Shown: positions 19,329-29,700 of the stretch, one piece after another
How the letters are laid out: the number at the start of each line of letters is the position of its first letter
How positions within the stretch are numbered: the first letter of the stretch is position 1
From: a virus
Lineage: Duplodnaviria; Caudoviricetes
Strand: one strand, 5' to 3'
DNA: 64,000 nt
IMG/VR virus record: IMGVR_UViG_3300025168_000077
Location: 2,131 to 66,130 of that record
Notes under the pieces: generated by a model
The model's database searches: none
Seen by the model: the letters and a program-made list of their open reading frames with translations, nothing else
What the model was told of the DNA's origin: nothing
Translations under genes and position numbers: made by a program

Positions 19329-21608
19329 ATGCCCTCTATCTTTCGTAAACGATTTCTTCGTACGGGTGATGTACTTGACCCAAACGAAATGAACCAAGAC
19401 TTTCAGCCGTGGATGGGGCTTCTTTCGGGAAACTTAACGGCGGACAACTTGAACGCATCTGCTTTTGCAGACCAGGCAACTGTTTCATCTGAAGCTCACT
19501 TGAAACACCAGTACATCGAAGTCATGTGCGCACTCCCCTTTTTGACGGGAGTCACCGCAGATCGTCAACCTAACTTTTTGAAGAAGATGATCAATGATGG
19601 TTACGGTTCTCCCACGGATGAAAGTGCCGCAGCCGCGTACGAGTTTGAAGATCATAACGACACGGGGAGTCCGATCACGTTTGACTACCATCCGTCTAAT
19701 GTGCAGGTCATTGGTAAGGGTGGGGGCTGGACTCCACTTAAAGACGGAATCAAGCTGTCAGACTTCACCGTTACAGACGGGTCTACGTATGAAACCGCCC
19801 CAGGGTCAGTCACGACAAGCTCGGACGGAGAAGTTGACCTTTGGATCAACGCGTTTGTTCAATACGTCCGTAACGGCTTTGGGCGCACATTTGATTCGTT
19901 TCTTGACCCTGCGATGTCTGCTGTGTCACCATCAGCGTATTTGACGGGCAATCCACCTTTAGATGATTACGGAGGTGACACCAGTCCCCTTGATTACGGT
20001 ATTCGATTTGTTCCTCCTACTGACATGGAAATAGTCAACCCGTCGAGGGCTGCGTGCTCTCACATATCAATGGGCTACAGTCCCGCGGATGTTCAGTTTG
20101 CTATTAGGGTAGACGGTCAAATACTCGAAGAAACAATCACGGGTAAAAGAAACACTCATGAGCGTACTCCTCTTGGAATGCGCAATGTTGAAACCCGCGC
20201 TGTAGACAACGATGCTGTTCACACAGATAAACCTGGTACGGGGAAATCCAAGGCGACGGGGGGTAAGCTGAACCAAAAAATGCCGGGTAATCGATCGCCC
20301 ACAGTTCGGTCAGCGGGTCTTGGACCCGAAGTTTTTGGTACACGATTGAGTACCGTTGTACGAGTGGGCGCGGGTAGCCACAAAATCGAGATTGTCGCAC
20401 GAAGATTGAACAATGTTGATGGCATCTACAACCTCCCTAATGACGCTGTTGGTGTTCTTAATCGTCAGTTGTCTGTGACTTCAATCTCTCGTGATCGTCA
20501 TGTCAGCCAGTCGATGGCCCCCTCGAACCTACCGGCGTTTGATACAGAAGATCCATTGCAGTTGATTGCACCGACTCAGACTTTAGAAAAACTGCTAAAC
20601 AACATCCCACCTAGCGCAGTTAAATCGAACTCTCTGAGGCATCAGCACTTAAAGAGCATCGTTCGTAACTGGTCACGTAAGTCGATTAATCCCATTGGTT
20701 TAAGGTCGAAGTCACTGCCCCGAGCTGAAGACGGTAGATCTTGGCTTACGTTGAGTTCTTTGCACTCACGCGACTACGGCGGACTCCACGAAACTGAGTC
20801 AGACAGTTTGCTCGCGGGCACGGGTTGGCAAGCGCTGTCGTCGTCTACTTTTGGTGAGTACTTGATGGTGTCAAACACCGACGGTACGTCTACGTCAGGG
20901 ACGATTGAGCCAAACGATTTGATTTACGTGTTTGCAGATCTGGTTTGTAACATCAGCCCTGATGGCGACATGCCCATGAGAGAGCGATTGCTGGACACGT
21001 TCGCTCATTTTTGCATCGGTCATCGTGAGTACAACTCAAAAATCGGAGACGAATCCAAATCTAAAGTGTGGAGGTTTGACCGAGCTTCTCGTGTAACAGT
21101 CAACTTAAACAACTGGATTGGTAGAGACATCAACTACAACATGACTATTTCAGGGTCGGGCGATGGCGATCATCCCGGTACAATCGAATCAGACAATCCT
21201 ACCTACTCGACTACTTCGACTGATCGGCGAGTGATGTATGACAATCTTGAAGACATGCCTGATTCGATTCACGTCAGTTTGATGTTTGTGCTTGACGGTA
21301 AAAATCAACGGACTCCGCCAGGTACAAGTGCGTGGGAAATCGGCGACATTGCTGTGTTTGGTGCGGGTACTCAAAGTGGTGGTCGCGAAGACGGAACCAT
21401 TCATGGGTCTGGGTCCAACAACTGGAACGATGTGTTTTGGGAGAGAGCGGGTACTGAAGTCTCAGATCCTAAGTACAGAACTTCAGGGGGCTACGAGTTT
21501 CAGACCGGCGGTGGGTGGACCGATTTCACTTGCCGGCAGCCCATCATTACGTTTAATCAAGGGATGGCAAGCATCTCGCTTCTCCGCCTTAATCGATCAC
21601 CTGAATAG
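19329..21608 (+). CDS. Virion structural protein (two-module tail appendage)
   Basis: Position after nozzle; GDVLDPNEMNQDF anchor-like start. Confidence 0.55.
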   Translation: MPSIFRKRFLRTGDVLDPNEMNQDFQPWMGLLSGNLTADNLNASAFADQATVSSEAHLKHQYIEVMCALPFLTGVTADRQPNFLKKMINDGYGSPTDESAAAAYEFEDHNDTGSPITFDYHPSNVQVIGKGGGWTPLKDGIKLSDFTVTDGSTYETAPGSVTTSSDGEVDLWINAFVQYVRNGFGRTFDSFLDPAMSAVSPSAYLTGNPPLDDYGGDTSPLDYGIRFVPPTDMEIVNPSRAACSHISMGYSPADVQFAIRVDGQILEETITGKRNTHERTPLGMRNVETRAVDNDAVHTDKPGTGKSKATGGKLNQKMPGNRSPTVRSAGLGPEVFGTRLSTVVRVGAGSHKIEIVARRLNNVDGIYNLPNDAVGVLNRQLSVTSISRDRHVSQSMAPSNLPAFDTEDPLQLIAPTQTLEKLLNNIPPSAVKSNSLRHQHLKSIVRNWSRKSINPIGLRSKSLPRAEDGRSWLTLSSLHSRDYGGLHETESDSLLAGTGWQALSSSTFGEYLMVSNTDGTSTSGTIEPNDLIYVFADLVCNISPDGDMPMRERLLDTFAHFCIGHREYNSKIGDESKSKVWRFDRASRVTVNLNNWIGRDINYNMTISGSGDGDHPGTIESDNPTYSTTSTDRRVMYDNLEDMPDSIHVSLMFVLDGKNQRTPPGTSAWEIGDIAVFGAGTQSGGREDGTIHGSGSNNWNDVFWERAGTEVSDPKYRTSGGYEFQTGGGWTDFTCRQPIITFNQGMASISLLRLNRSPE

Positions 21609-21619
21609 TAGGTACCTCT

Positions 21620-22468
21620 GTGACTCTATCACTCAGCTACAGTTATCCTGATGGGTCTGCGTTTGACGTTAAGGCGCACAATGAAAACATTATTCATGTG
21701 CAAAAGAGTTTAAACGCAGGTGGGATTGACCCCGCCATGATGAGCAGCTTTGAGATTAAGCGTCACATGATCATGCCTGACCAAGCGGTATTGACCAGGG
21801 GTGATTTTGCCCTTGAATCTACCGCCTTGTACGGTGACGCTTTTGGGCTGCCCAACTCACGTATCTCTGATACCTCAACTTACCGTGTAGTAGCAGGAGC
21901 AGGTATTCGTTGGTACCAGCCCTACGATGTTACTGTGGGTATCCTACAGTGGTCGTTTTTTATGGCTCACAACAGCTGGGCGATTCGTGAATCATCACTC
22001 GCCTCTTTTCGTGACACATCCGTCCAAGATGAAATATACATAAGGACGGCGGCTGTTTTCGACGGTAAGTTTATCTCAAACAGTCACAGGCAACACTCTA
22101 TTAACTGTCAATGGCCGGCATGCTCTAAGCTGGGCGTGGCTACGAGTAAACCCGGTGAGTTCTTTGAAGTTGGTCTGTACCACAAGCCTTATAGGCGTCA
22201 TGTTGAAACTGAAGCTCATTCAGCAAAGCAGTACCACCAACATTTGATGCTGTGCCCCGGCCTGTCCTACACGGACACTGAGTTTGGCATTAAGAAAGGT
22301 TGGCACGAGCTTACCATCAACATCTTTATGACTCGCCCCTCAGACTACGTAGCGGAAGCACGCTATGCTTACTTCAAGTACTCGAAGAGTCTTAGGCGAC
22401 ATAAGATGATGCTGAACGCTAAAGCGGACTTTGGTGTTCGTGGCGCTCGTGTCGTGACCTTTTTGTAG
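21620..22468 (+). CDS. Virion structural protein
   Basis: Position; module resembles the preceding gene. Confidence 0.5.
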   Translation: MTLSLSYSYPDGSAFDVKAHNENIIHVQKSLNAGGIDPAMMSSFEIKRHMIMPDQAVLTRGDFALESTALYGDAFGLPNSRISDTSTYRVVAGAGIRWYQPYDVTVGILQWSFFMAHNSWAIRESSLASFRDTSVQDEIYIRTAAVFDGKFISNSHRQHSINCQWPACSKLGVATSKPGEFFEVGLYHKPYRRHVETEAHSAKQYHQHLMLCPGLSYTDTEFGIKKGWHELTINIFMTRPSDYVAEARYAYFKYSKSLRRHKMMLNAKADFGVRGARVVTFL

Positions 22469-22498
22469 TTAAACGCTATACTCTGAACGGAGAATACC

Positions 22499-23068
22499 AT
22501 GGCCTTACCCGTGATTTTAGCCGCTGCTCAAGTAGCCAAAGCAGGCGTTCAGTACGCCCAAGACAGAAAGACGGCGGCTAAAGAAGCTAAGCAGTTTAGA
22601 CGCGACAAAAAGATCCAAAACAAGGGTCTGGCCATGATGCAAAACCCGCAGGGCCTTACTAAGGGTGCTGCTGAGGCTAAGCGTGCGGGTGCGTCTCAGT
22701 CGATTATGGGAGCCACGAGGGGACTGGAAGCAGAGAGTCGGAGGGCGGCTGCGGGTGCCCGAGGCGGTTCTGCATTGGCGACACAAGCTATGATCTCAAA
22801 GGCAAGAGGTGAGTCGACCCGATCGGTAGAACAGGCTCTTTCAGACGCCAACTTGGCCACTCAAAAGTTCAATGTTTCTCGTGGCGCCCAGCTGGTTGAC
22901 AGTGTCGACCCCAAAGAGCCCACGACGACTAAGTTCGACGCCGGTGTGAACTTGGCGGGCGGCCTGCTGGGAGCAGGTGCCCAGTTTGCTGACACAAAGA
23001 GAAAGGCGAATCTAGCAAAAGCTGCATTGGCGGCTAAGGGCCTCAAGCAAACTGGAGAGGATAACTAA
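22499..23068 (+). CDS. Internal virion (ejection) protein
   Basis: Ala/Gly/Gln-rich with hydrophobic MALPVILAAA start; first of the ejection cluster. Confidence 0.6.
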   Translation: MALPVILAAAQVAKAGVQYAQDRKTAAKEAKQFRRDKKIQNKGLAMMQNPQGLTKGAAEAKRAGASQSIMGATRGLEAESRRAAAGARGGSALATQAMISKARGESTRSVEQALSDANLATQKFNVSRGAQLVDSVDPKEPTTTKFDAGVNLAGGLLGAGAQFADTKRKANLAKAALAAKGLKQTGEDN

Positions 23069-25647
23069 TGGCGGTTTTACAGAGCCTTTGGGAAGGTTGG
23101 TCGGGTCAAAACCTGTCGTCCCCTCAGCAAGGTCAATCAATCGACAACAGGACCGAGACGCGTCAGCTTTTGAACGTCATCTTGGACTACATCAACTCGG
23201 CTGAAAACACCAACAAAAGAGTTCGATCCAAAGAGCGGATTGCGGGGATCAAAGCGGATCTGAATCGTCAGCAAGATCTGCTTGACCTGCAAGTTACACT
23301 GGCAGGGGTTGAAGGGAAAGCCAATGAGGCCAAGCTTAGGGCTTTGACGAGACTCACTGAGGCATCGCTGACGTCTTGGACAAAGTACCTCACTGACACG
23401 TCACAGGCTTATTCTCGGGCACTTATGGTGTTTGACAATGAAAGGCGTAAGTTTGACGGCGACCCTGCGAGAGCGTGGGGAACCGTGTTCGGTGAGATCG
23501 GCAAAGACGCTACGATTGCCATGGACCGAACGTCTCCTAAGTTCCAGACTACATTCCTTGAGATGAACCAGAAGCAGCCCGTCATTGAGATGGACGCTCA
23601 AAACAACGTTGTCTTTAAGAATGGCCGCCCCGTAATCATTGCAGCGGGTCTTGGTAATGCAACGCAGCGGGAGATCATATCAGCGGCAAACGACTATCAG
23701 AGCGTCAAGAATGCCACTGGCGCAGCTTTGGACCGCTTCAACGCGATTCAACCTCTCATCGATGAAGCTGCAAACTCATTGATGGGTAACACTCCAGGGG
23801 CAGCTCAAAAGCAGTTTGACGCTGCCATCTTGGCGTTGAAGAAAGCCGACACTGAGGCGGAAGGCGCGATTGGTAAGCTGGATGCTGAGTCTCTCCAAGC
23901 AGAACTCAACGTCTTAGAGCAGGGCGACGCAGTCTTGCAGGACATTAAGTCTCAAGTTCCCGATTTGCTGAAGCAGCTTTCAACCGAAGATGGCGGTTGG
24001 ACTCGAATGGTGACCACCGAAAAGTTTCAGCAATGGGCCGCCGATAGGGGCATTGTTGTTGGTTACAAAGGTGACAATGGTAACTACATACCTGGCCCTA
24101 ATGACGAGTTAGCTGTTGCTCGTTGGGCAAATGAGTCGTCTAAAAACCCAGGCAACTATGGGCTTTTGGCCAACCGGTTTACCGACGAGATTGTCCAGGT
24201 CGTGGATGGCCAGGGCAACATTGTGGCAAAGGGGTTCCGTCAACCCGTTCACGCAAACGACCGAGAAGGTACTGTTCGCATAATGACGAAGGGCGGTCAG
24301 AGCCAAGAGTTTACCAAGCAGCAAATCGGCGATGGTGAAGTACAAGTCTTGATGACGTACCCTGGCGGAGTGCGTCGTTTGGGATCGCCCATGCGGCGGC
24401 TCAAGATGCAAGATGCTTTTGAGTACCTTGAGGCTTATGGGGACACGACGGCCACCCGCGCGTCCGAAGAAGTAGAGCCTGGCCAATATGCTACCCGTAA
24501 GGGGATTGACGGCGAAGAGTACCTGACCAAAGAGCAGTACGACCGGGCTCGGGCTCAATCTGACGTTGAAGTTGGCCGCATGGTGATCGACCAGGACGAG
24601 AAGAAAGCCTACCTTCGATTCGGAGACTCCGTCTTTGATTTCAACTTTGCTGACGGAGCCATCTCTAAAGTTAACGATGATGCTGTTGTAGAGCGGGTCA
24701 AAGGGCTACCTTCGTCCATCGCCGTCAAGGACGACGAAGCGCTGTTGTACAAGGACATCATTGAGGGAGACGGCTTTGTCGCTACGCTCGGTAAGATTGG
24801 GCGCACGACAAGCGACGAGGAAACAAAGACTTACTTGGATAGCGGTCGACGTAAGTTTCTTACCGGCCAGGGCGTGGCGCTCACGACTAAACCTCGTGAG
24901 TTGATTAGCGGCGCCACTAAAGACGTAATGGGAGTGACTTTTAGGCAAGCGAAGTTGCCGCAGAGACCCGAGTCTCGTGAAGACGCCACCGTAAAGCCTG
25001 GCGACGACCCCCTGGATGACACACCAAAAGAAAGCGGTGCTCCCCCTGTAAGCGCCGTACGCAACAGAAAAAGTGACTCTGAGTTGATTCGCGACATGCT
25101 GAATCGAGAAAGGAGCGACGCAGGCGAACCATCGGCTCCCGCAAATGCAGCTAAAGCCGCGTCGTTTATTCGCCCAGAGTTAGCCAACTATAAGCGAGAC
25201 CCGAATGCTCGATTGGATGACGACCCCGATGATGAGTTCAGTCAGTTTGAGAATCGTAAAGAAGCGAAAGCTGCACGTAGGCAACGTAAAAGGGACAGGC
25301 TTAAAGGTAAAGTAGACGAGGCAATGGACGTTCTCACTACACGATCGCAGAGAAGTCAAACCACGGGTAGATTCGATCCATCAGATACTGAAGCCATCAA
25401 GGCACTCAAAAAGAAACGCAGGGCTGAACGTAAACTTAGTCGAATGGGCGCCCCCGATTCACCCACACCCGAGAACGCTCAGGGCCAAACAGATTTGAAC
25501 ACTGAGAGTGAAGTGTCAGCTGCTTCGAGTGGCCCTACTAAAATAAAAGTAGATCCCGGTATGAAGGACGAGTTGGATGCGGCACGCGAAACACGCAAAA
25601 GACAAGCTGAAAGAGACGCGGCTAAACGCGGCGAGGACGACGAGTAA
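23068..25647 (+). CDS. Internal virion protein
   Basis: 859-aa helical protein; TAATG coupling at both ends. Confidence 0.55.
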   Translation: MAVLQSLWEGWSGQNLSSPQQGQSIDNRTETRQLLNVILDYINSAENTNKRVRSKERIAGIKADLNRQQDLLDLQVTLAGVEGKANEAKLRALTRLTEASLTSWTKYLTDTSQAYSRALMVFDNERRKFDGDPARAWGTVFGEIGKDATIAMDRTSPKFQTTFLEMNQKQPVIEMDAQNNVVFKNGRPVIIAAGLGNATQREIISAANDYQSVKNATGAALDRFNAIQPLIDEAANSLMGNTPGAAQKQFDAAILALKKADTEAEGAIGKLDAESLQAELNVLEQGDAVLQDIKSQVPDLLKQLSTEDGGWTRMVTTEKFQQWAADRGIVVGYKGDNGNYIPGPNDELAVARWANESSKNPGNYGLLANRFTDEIVQVVDGQGNIVAKGFRQPVHANDREGTVRIMTKGGQSQEFTKQQIGDGEVQVLMTYPGGVRRLGSPMRRLKMQDAFEYLEAYGDTTATRASEEVEPGQYATRKGIDGEEYLTKEQYDRARAQSDVEVGRMVIDQDEKKAYLRFGDSVFDFNFADGAISKVNDDAVVERVKGLPSSIAVKDDEALLYKDIIEGDGFVATLGKIGRTTSDEETKTYLDSGRRKFLTGQGVALTTKPRELISGATKDVMGVTFRQAKLPQRPESREDATVKPGDDPLDDTPKESGAPPVSAVRNRKSDSELIRDMLNRERSDAGEPSAPANAAKAASFIRPELANYKRDPNARLDDDPDDEFSQFENRKEAKAARRQRKRDRLKGKVDEAMDVLTTRSQRSQTTGRFDPSDTEAIKALKKKRRAERKLSRMGAPDSPTPENAQGQTDLNTESEVSAASSGPTKIKVDPGMKDELDAARETRKRQAERDAAKRGEDDE

Positions 25648-26762
25648 TGGTTGATTTTAACGATCCGTTCGCGCCTGCACCTGCACCTGCACCTGCGCCT
25701 GCGCCTGCTGCTGCGCCTAAGCCTAAGCCTGCTGCTGTTCCTGCTGCTGTTGCTGTCGCCCCTACTCCTGCGCCTTCACCTGCGCCTGCGCCTGCGCCCG
25801 CTGCTGTTACTAATAGCCCTTCCGACGACCCCCCACCCGGCCCTGTTGCTGCCACCACCGAAGACGAGGCGTTTGAGCAAGTAAGGCAAGAGAGATCCAA
25901 TCGATTTGCTCGTGAGTGGCGGCAAAAAACGGGGCGAAACTGGGTCGAAAGCGAGCAGGGTAGGCGGGGAATGAAAGAGTTTCTTGGCGATGAGGTTGAG
26001 CCAGTGGCTCCCAAACCTGTTGTACCCAAGATGACGGATGAGCAGAGAGCGGCTTACCAAGAGAAGTTGAAGCGGAATCGAGGCGCTAAGAAGCAGATAC
26101 AGGGCAGGCGCGTTGACACACTAACGGGTCAAGTTTTTTCTTCCGATGAAAGGCCCTCAACCCCCCGCCTTGATGCGGGTTACGGTGGTCTCGGAGAAAC
26201 TGGTAGGGGTAGACGGCTTCAACCCGCGACACCTTCATCTTTGTTCCCTTCGATAAAAGACAGCCCGGTAACAACTCGAACGGGTGAAACCCGAACAAAA
26301 GAAGCCGCGCGTAAAAGACTGTTGGACCAGAAAGAAACTTTGCTTGCGTCTCAAAAAGAGCGCTCAATCGCTTCAGACAAACTTATTAAACAGCTCAGAA
26401 CGACATCAGCGGAGTTTAAAAAAGTACCCGTCGACGCTCTCCGTAACACAGAGACGGGGGAGTTGGTTCAGCGGCGTACAGCTGGATCCGAAGACGCGGG
26501 AAACTTTCGTCCCATTTTTCAGTTAGGTGGAAGCGTGCAGCCTCTGATACCGAAGTTTATGGAACCTGCGCTTGGTTACGATCAGACGAAAGGGTTTGAC
26601 TCTGAGTTCGGTAAAGCTCAAGAGCTGGACCGCAAAGCTCGTGACCTTCAGTCACAACTTGATGCCTCAAGAAATGAAGAGAGTGACTCTGATAAACGAC
26701 TCAGAGCAATAAACCAGGCGCTGAAGATTACTGAAACACCGCTACCACCGAAGACAAAGTAA
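25647..26762 (+). CDS. Pro/Ala-rich internal virion protein
   Basis: (AP)n N-terminus, coiled-coil C-terminus; coupled. Confidence 0.55.
   Translation: MVDFNDPFAPAPAPAPAPAPAAAPKPKPAAVPAAVAVAPTPAPSPAPAPAPAAVTNSPSDDPPPGPVAATTEDEAFEQVRQERSNRFAREWRQKTGRNWVESEQGRRGMKEFLGDEVEPVAPKPVVPKMTDEQRAAYQEKLKRNRGAKKQIQGRRVDTLTGQVFSSDERPSTPRLDAGYGGLGETGRGRRLQPATPSSLFPSIKDSPVTTRTGETRTKEAARKRLLDQKETLLASQKERSIASDKLIKQLRTTSAEFKKVPVDALRNTETGELVQRRTAGSEDAGNFRPIFQLGGSVQPLIPKFMEPALGYDQTKGFDSEFGKAQELDRKARDLQSQLDASRNEESDSDKRLRAINQALKITETPLPPKTK
25671..25803 (+). repeat. Hexamer tandem repeats (gcRcct) encoding Ala-Pro
   Basis: gcgcctgcacctgcacctgcacctgcgcct... Confidence 0.8.
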
Positions 26763-29700
26763 TGGCTGAAACAGAAGTTGAATCAACCACCCCTGAAGAG
26801 CCTAAGACTGAAACTCCTTCGTCTGATATTCCTTTGGAGTTTTTGAAAAACCCTGATCCAAAAGCTGTGGATGCTTTTGTTAAATCAAAAAAGAAGCTGA
26901 CAGACGACATCGATGTAGACGACTTTGTTTACGAACTTGACAGCCAAGTCAAGCAGCTAGGTGAAGACAAGACTCGACTTGACACAGCCGTGCAAGAAGC
27001 CATCAATCGCTACAGTACTGCTCGCGGGATGGACAGCGCTGACTTTGAGCAGCAGATGTTCAAGCAAGATGTCAATCCTCTGGTCATGGCAAGCGATCTT
27101 TCCCAGGGTAAGCAGCGGGTTGATGTCATTGAAGGCATCAAGTCTCGGACACTGGCGGGCCTGACCAAAGAAGAACGAAAGCGAGACGTTCGTAAGTCAT
27201 CTATTCTCGACATTGCACGGCAACGGGGCAAAGCCAAGATAGGCCGCACGATTGAAGAGACGGGCGAGATGGCGGTCGAGTTGATGTTTGATGACGACCA
27301 AGCTCGATTCGATGAAACAAAAGACGCAGGTTTGTTCGGTACGTCTCTTGAGGGCGCGGATAGGCCGAAGATTATCCCCAAGAAGGGGGACATTGCATAC
27401 CAAGAGTTCAGTCAAATCAACGAGATGATGGAGAGACTTGCGGCTGAGGGTGACGAGAACACTCGCAAGATGGTTGAGCTTCGTGACAAGTACAAAGACG
27501 CTGAGCAAGGAGCCAGTGACTACGTAGAGAAAAGAATCGACTCGATCCTGAGGGCCCGTGGCATTTTTCGTCCCCGCGCACTCGGAGGAAACGAAGCTGA
27601 CGAGTTTATAAAGCAGGGTCGGCAAGATGAGCTGACTCAACTAAACAAGAAAGCAGAAAGGTACGATACTGCCAGGTCTTTGGCAACCAAGCAGGCCATC
27701 AAAGAAATCGCAACGTGGAAGACGCTGGGGTTGTGGACGGCGCCTTCTTTCTACCGGTACTCAGATGTTGACTTCAACGATCCCAATAAGGAGGTGTCTT
27801 TCAGTGAGGCACTCTCCCCTACGGTTGAGATCGTCGGACTTGATCGAAATGGAAAGCCTGTTCTGCGCGGCCAGGGAGCGATGCAGTGGGGCTTTGAAAT
27901 CAATGACTTCATCCAGTCAGCACTTGTGGGCGCTTTCAACGAGGATCACGCGGACTTGGGTCAGCGAATGCTCAAGGGTATTGCTAAACGCAGAAACTTC
28001 TTTGAGCTGGCGTTGGATTCCGAAGCAGCGAAAACAAACACGGGGGCAAAGATTGCTTTGGGTGGAGCGGGGTTTTTGGCGGCTGTTCTGATACCCGACC
28101 TTACGTTTGGCGCGGCCTCGGTGGGAAAGGCCAGTAAGCTGAAGCTCGGTAAGTTTATCAAAAAGGGCAAGCTGCTCGACATCGCAAACCAGCACGAAGA
28201 AGCTGCGGTGATGTTTGCTAAGGCGCTACAGAGCGGTGACCGAGAGCAGATGCGCATAGCCGGTCAACTGGGTGCGTCTCTTCGTGGTCGATTTAAGGTC
28301 GTAATGGACCGGGTGGATCAGTCTGACTTTGACGCAGCTCGTCGATTGGCTCGAAACAACCCAGACATCTTGGGGAGCAAGGGTAGAGAGCTTGCTGACA
28401 AACTGCCGGGTCGACTCGGCGACGAAAAGATGAACCTTCACCCTTCCATGCGTAGACGCCTAGCACGAGAAGGTGGCGGAGAGACGGTAACAGACTTAGC
28501 CGAAACGGGTATGAAAGAAGCGGGGGAGGAGCTTTCTAGCGCTTTACCGCGCCGTGTGGATTTGGGTCCACAAGGTCCGCAAAGAGCTGGGGGTATTGGG
28601 TACGACGAAGTTTACAAGTTTGACGACCTGCTTGATGAAGTCGACAAGATGCGTGCCCTTGTGGATGCTCAAGACGGATCGATCTATTCTCGGTTCATAC
28701 GCGACCGCGTGATGGGTGGCGGCACGGGGCCGTATAGTCGATTGTTTAAGCTCACCAACGAAGCGGCTGAAATCGTGGGTGAAGAAAGCGCCGGGCAGTT
28801 GATTAAAGCTTTCAAAGACTTCGACTTGATGGGTCGTGACCGCGACGCCTACATTATAAAGACGGGCAAGCTGATAAGGTCCACGCTTAAGGGCAAGGGC
28901 AAGAAAGCAGATGAACTACTTGAGAAGTTTATCGAGCCTCAAGAAGGCGATCGGTTTGGGGCGTTTGGTCAGCTTACGAAAGCGGCACAAGACGCCATAA
29001 AAGAAGCGGGTGACTTTGATGAGATGGGTAAGCTCATTGATCGCGCGGAAGAAGCCATCAACACCAACATTGAATCTCGTGCCATCGCGCACGCGTTCGA
29101 CCGGTCTTTGATTCACGGGGAGTTGGGCTCAAAGAGTTCTCCGATCATTGTTGACTCAGTGGCTAAGGTCAAAGAAATCAAAGAGCTGTCTGATGAAGGC
29201 ATTGCCTTTATGGACCAAGCCATCGACCTGTTCAAAGTCTCTAAAGACGAAGCGATTGAAGCATCTCGTATCTTTGACTTAGCCTCAGTTCGATGGGCGA
29301 ATAAGACGGGCCGGGATCCTTCTGAGTGGTGGAGTACTCGTCTCAAAGGTCTCAAGACTAAAGACGACTTCATGAAGCAGTTCGGAATCACCGACTCGGA
29401 AAGTGTGTTTTCTAGCGTCTATCACCCGGCTTACCAGGCACAAGCAGCGCTGCCTGCTGGTTACAGACTTGTAGGTGTAGGTAAGACAGCAGCCAGGCTT
29501 GTCGGCAACCCAAGTGCGGTACGCCGCGATCTCATTAACTGGCTGACTAAAAACTACCCTGAAGTAAACTTAGGCGATCGCCCCTTCGGCAACGCAGACG
29601 TAAGAGTTACCATCGATGATGATGTCATCATCCCTCTTACTGAAGGACCGCTTAGACCCGCCCCAGATAAAGAGGTAATTTTTCGTCTACTAAACACAAA

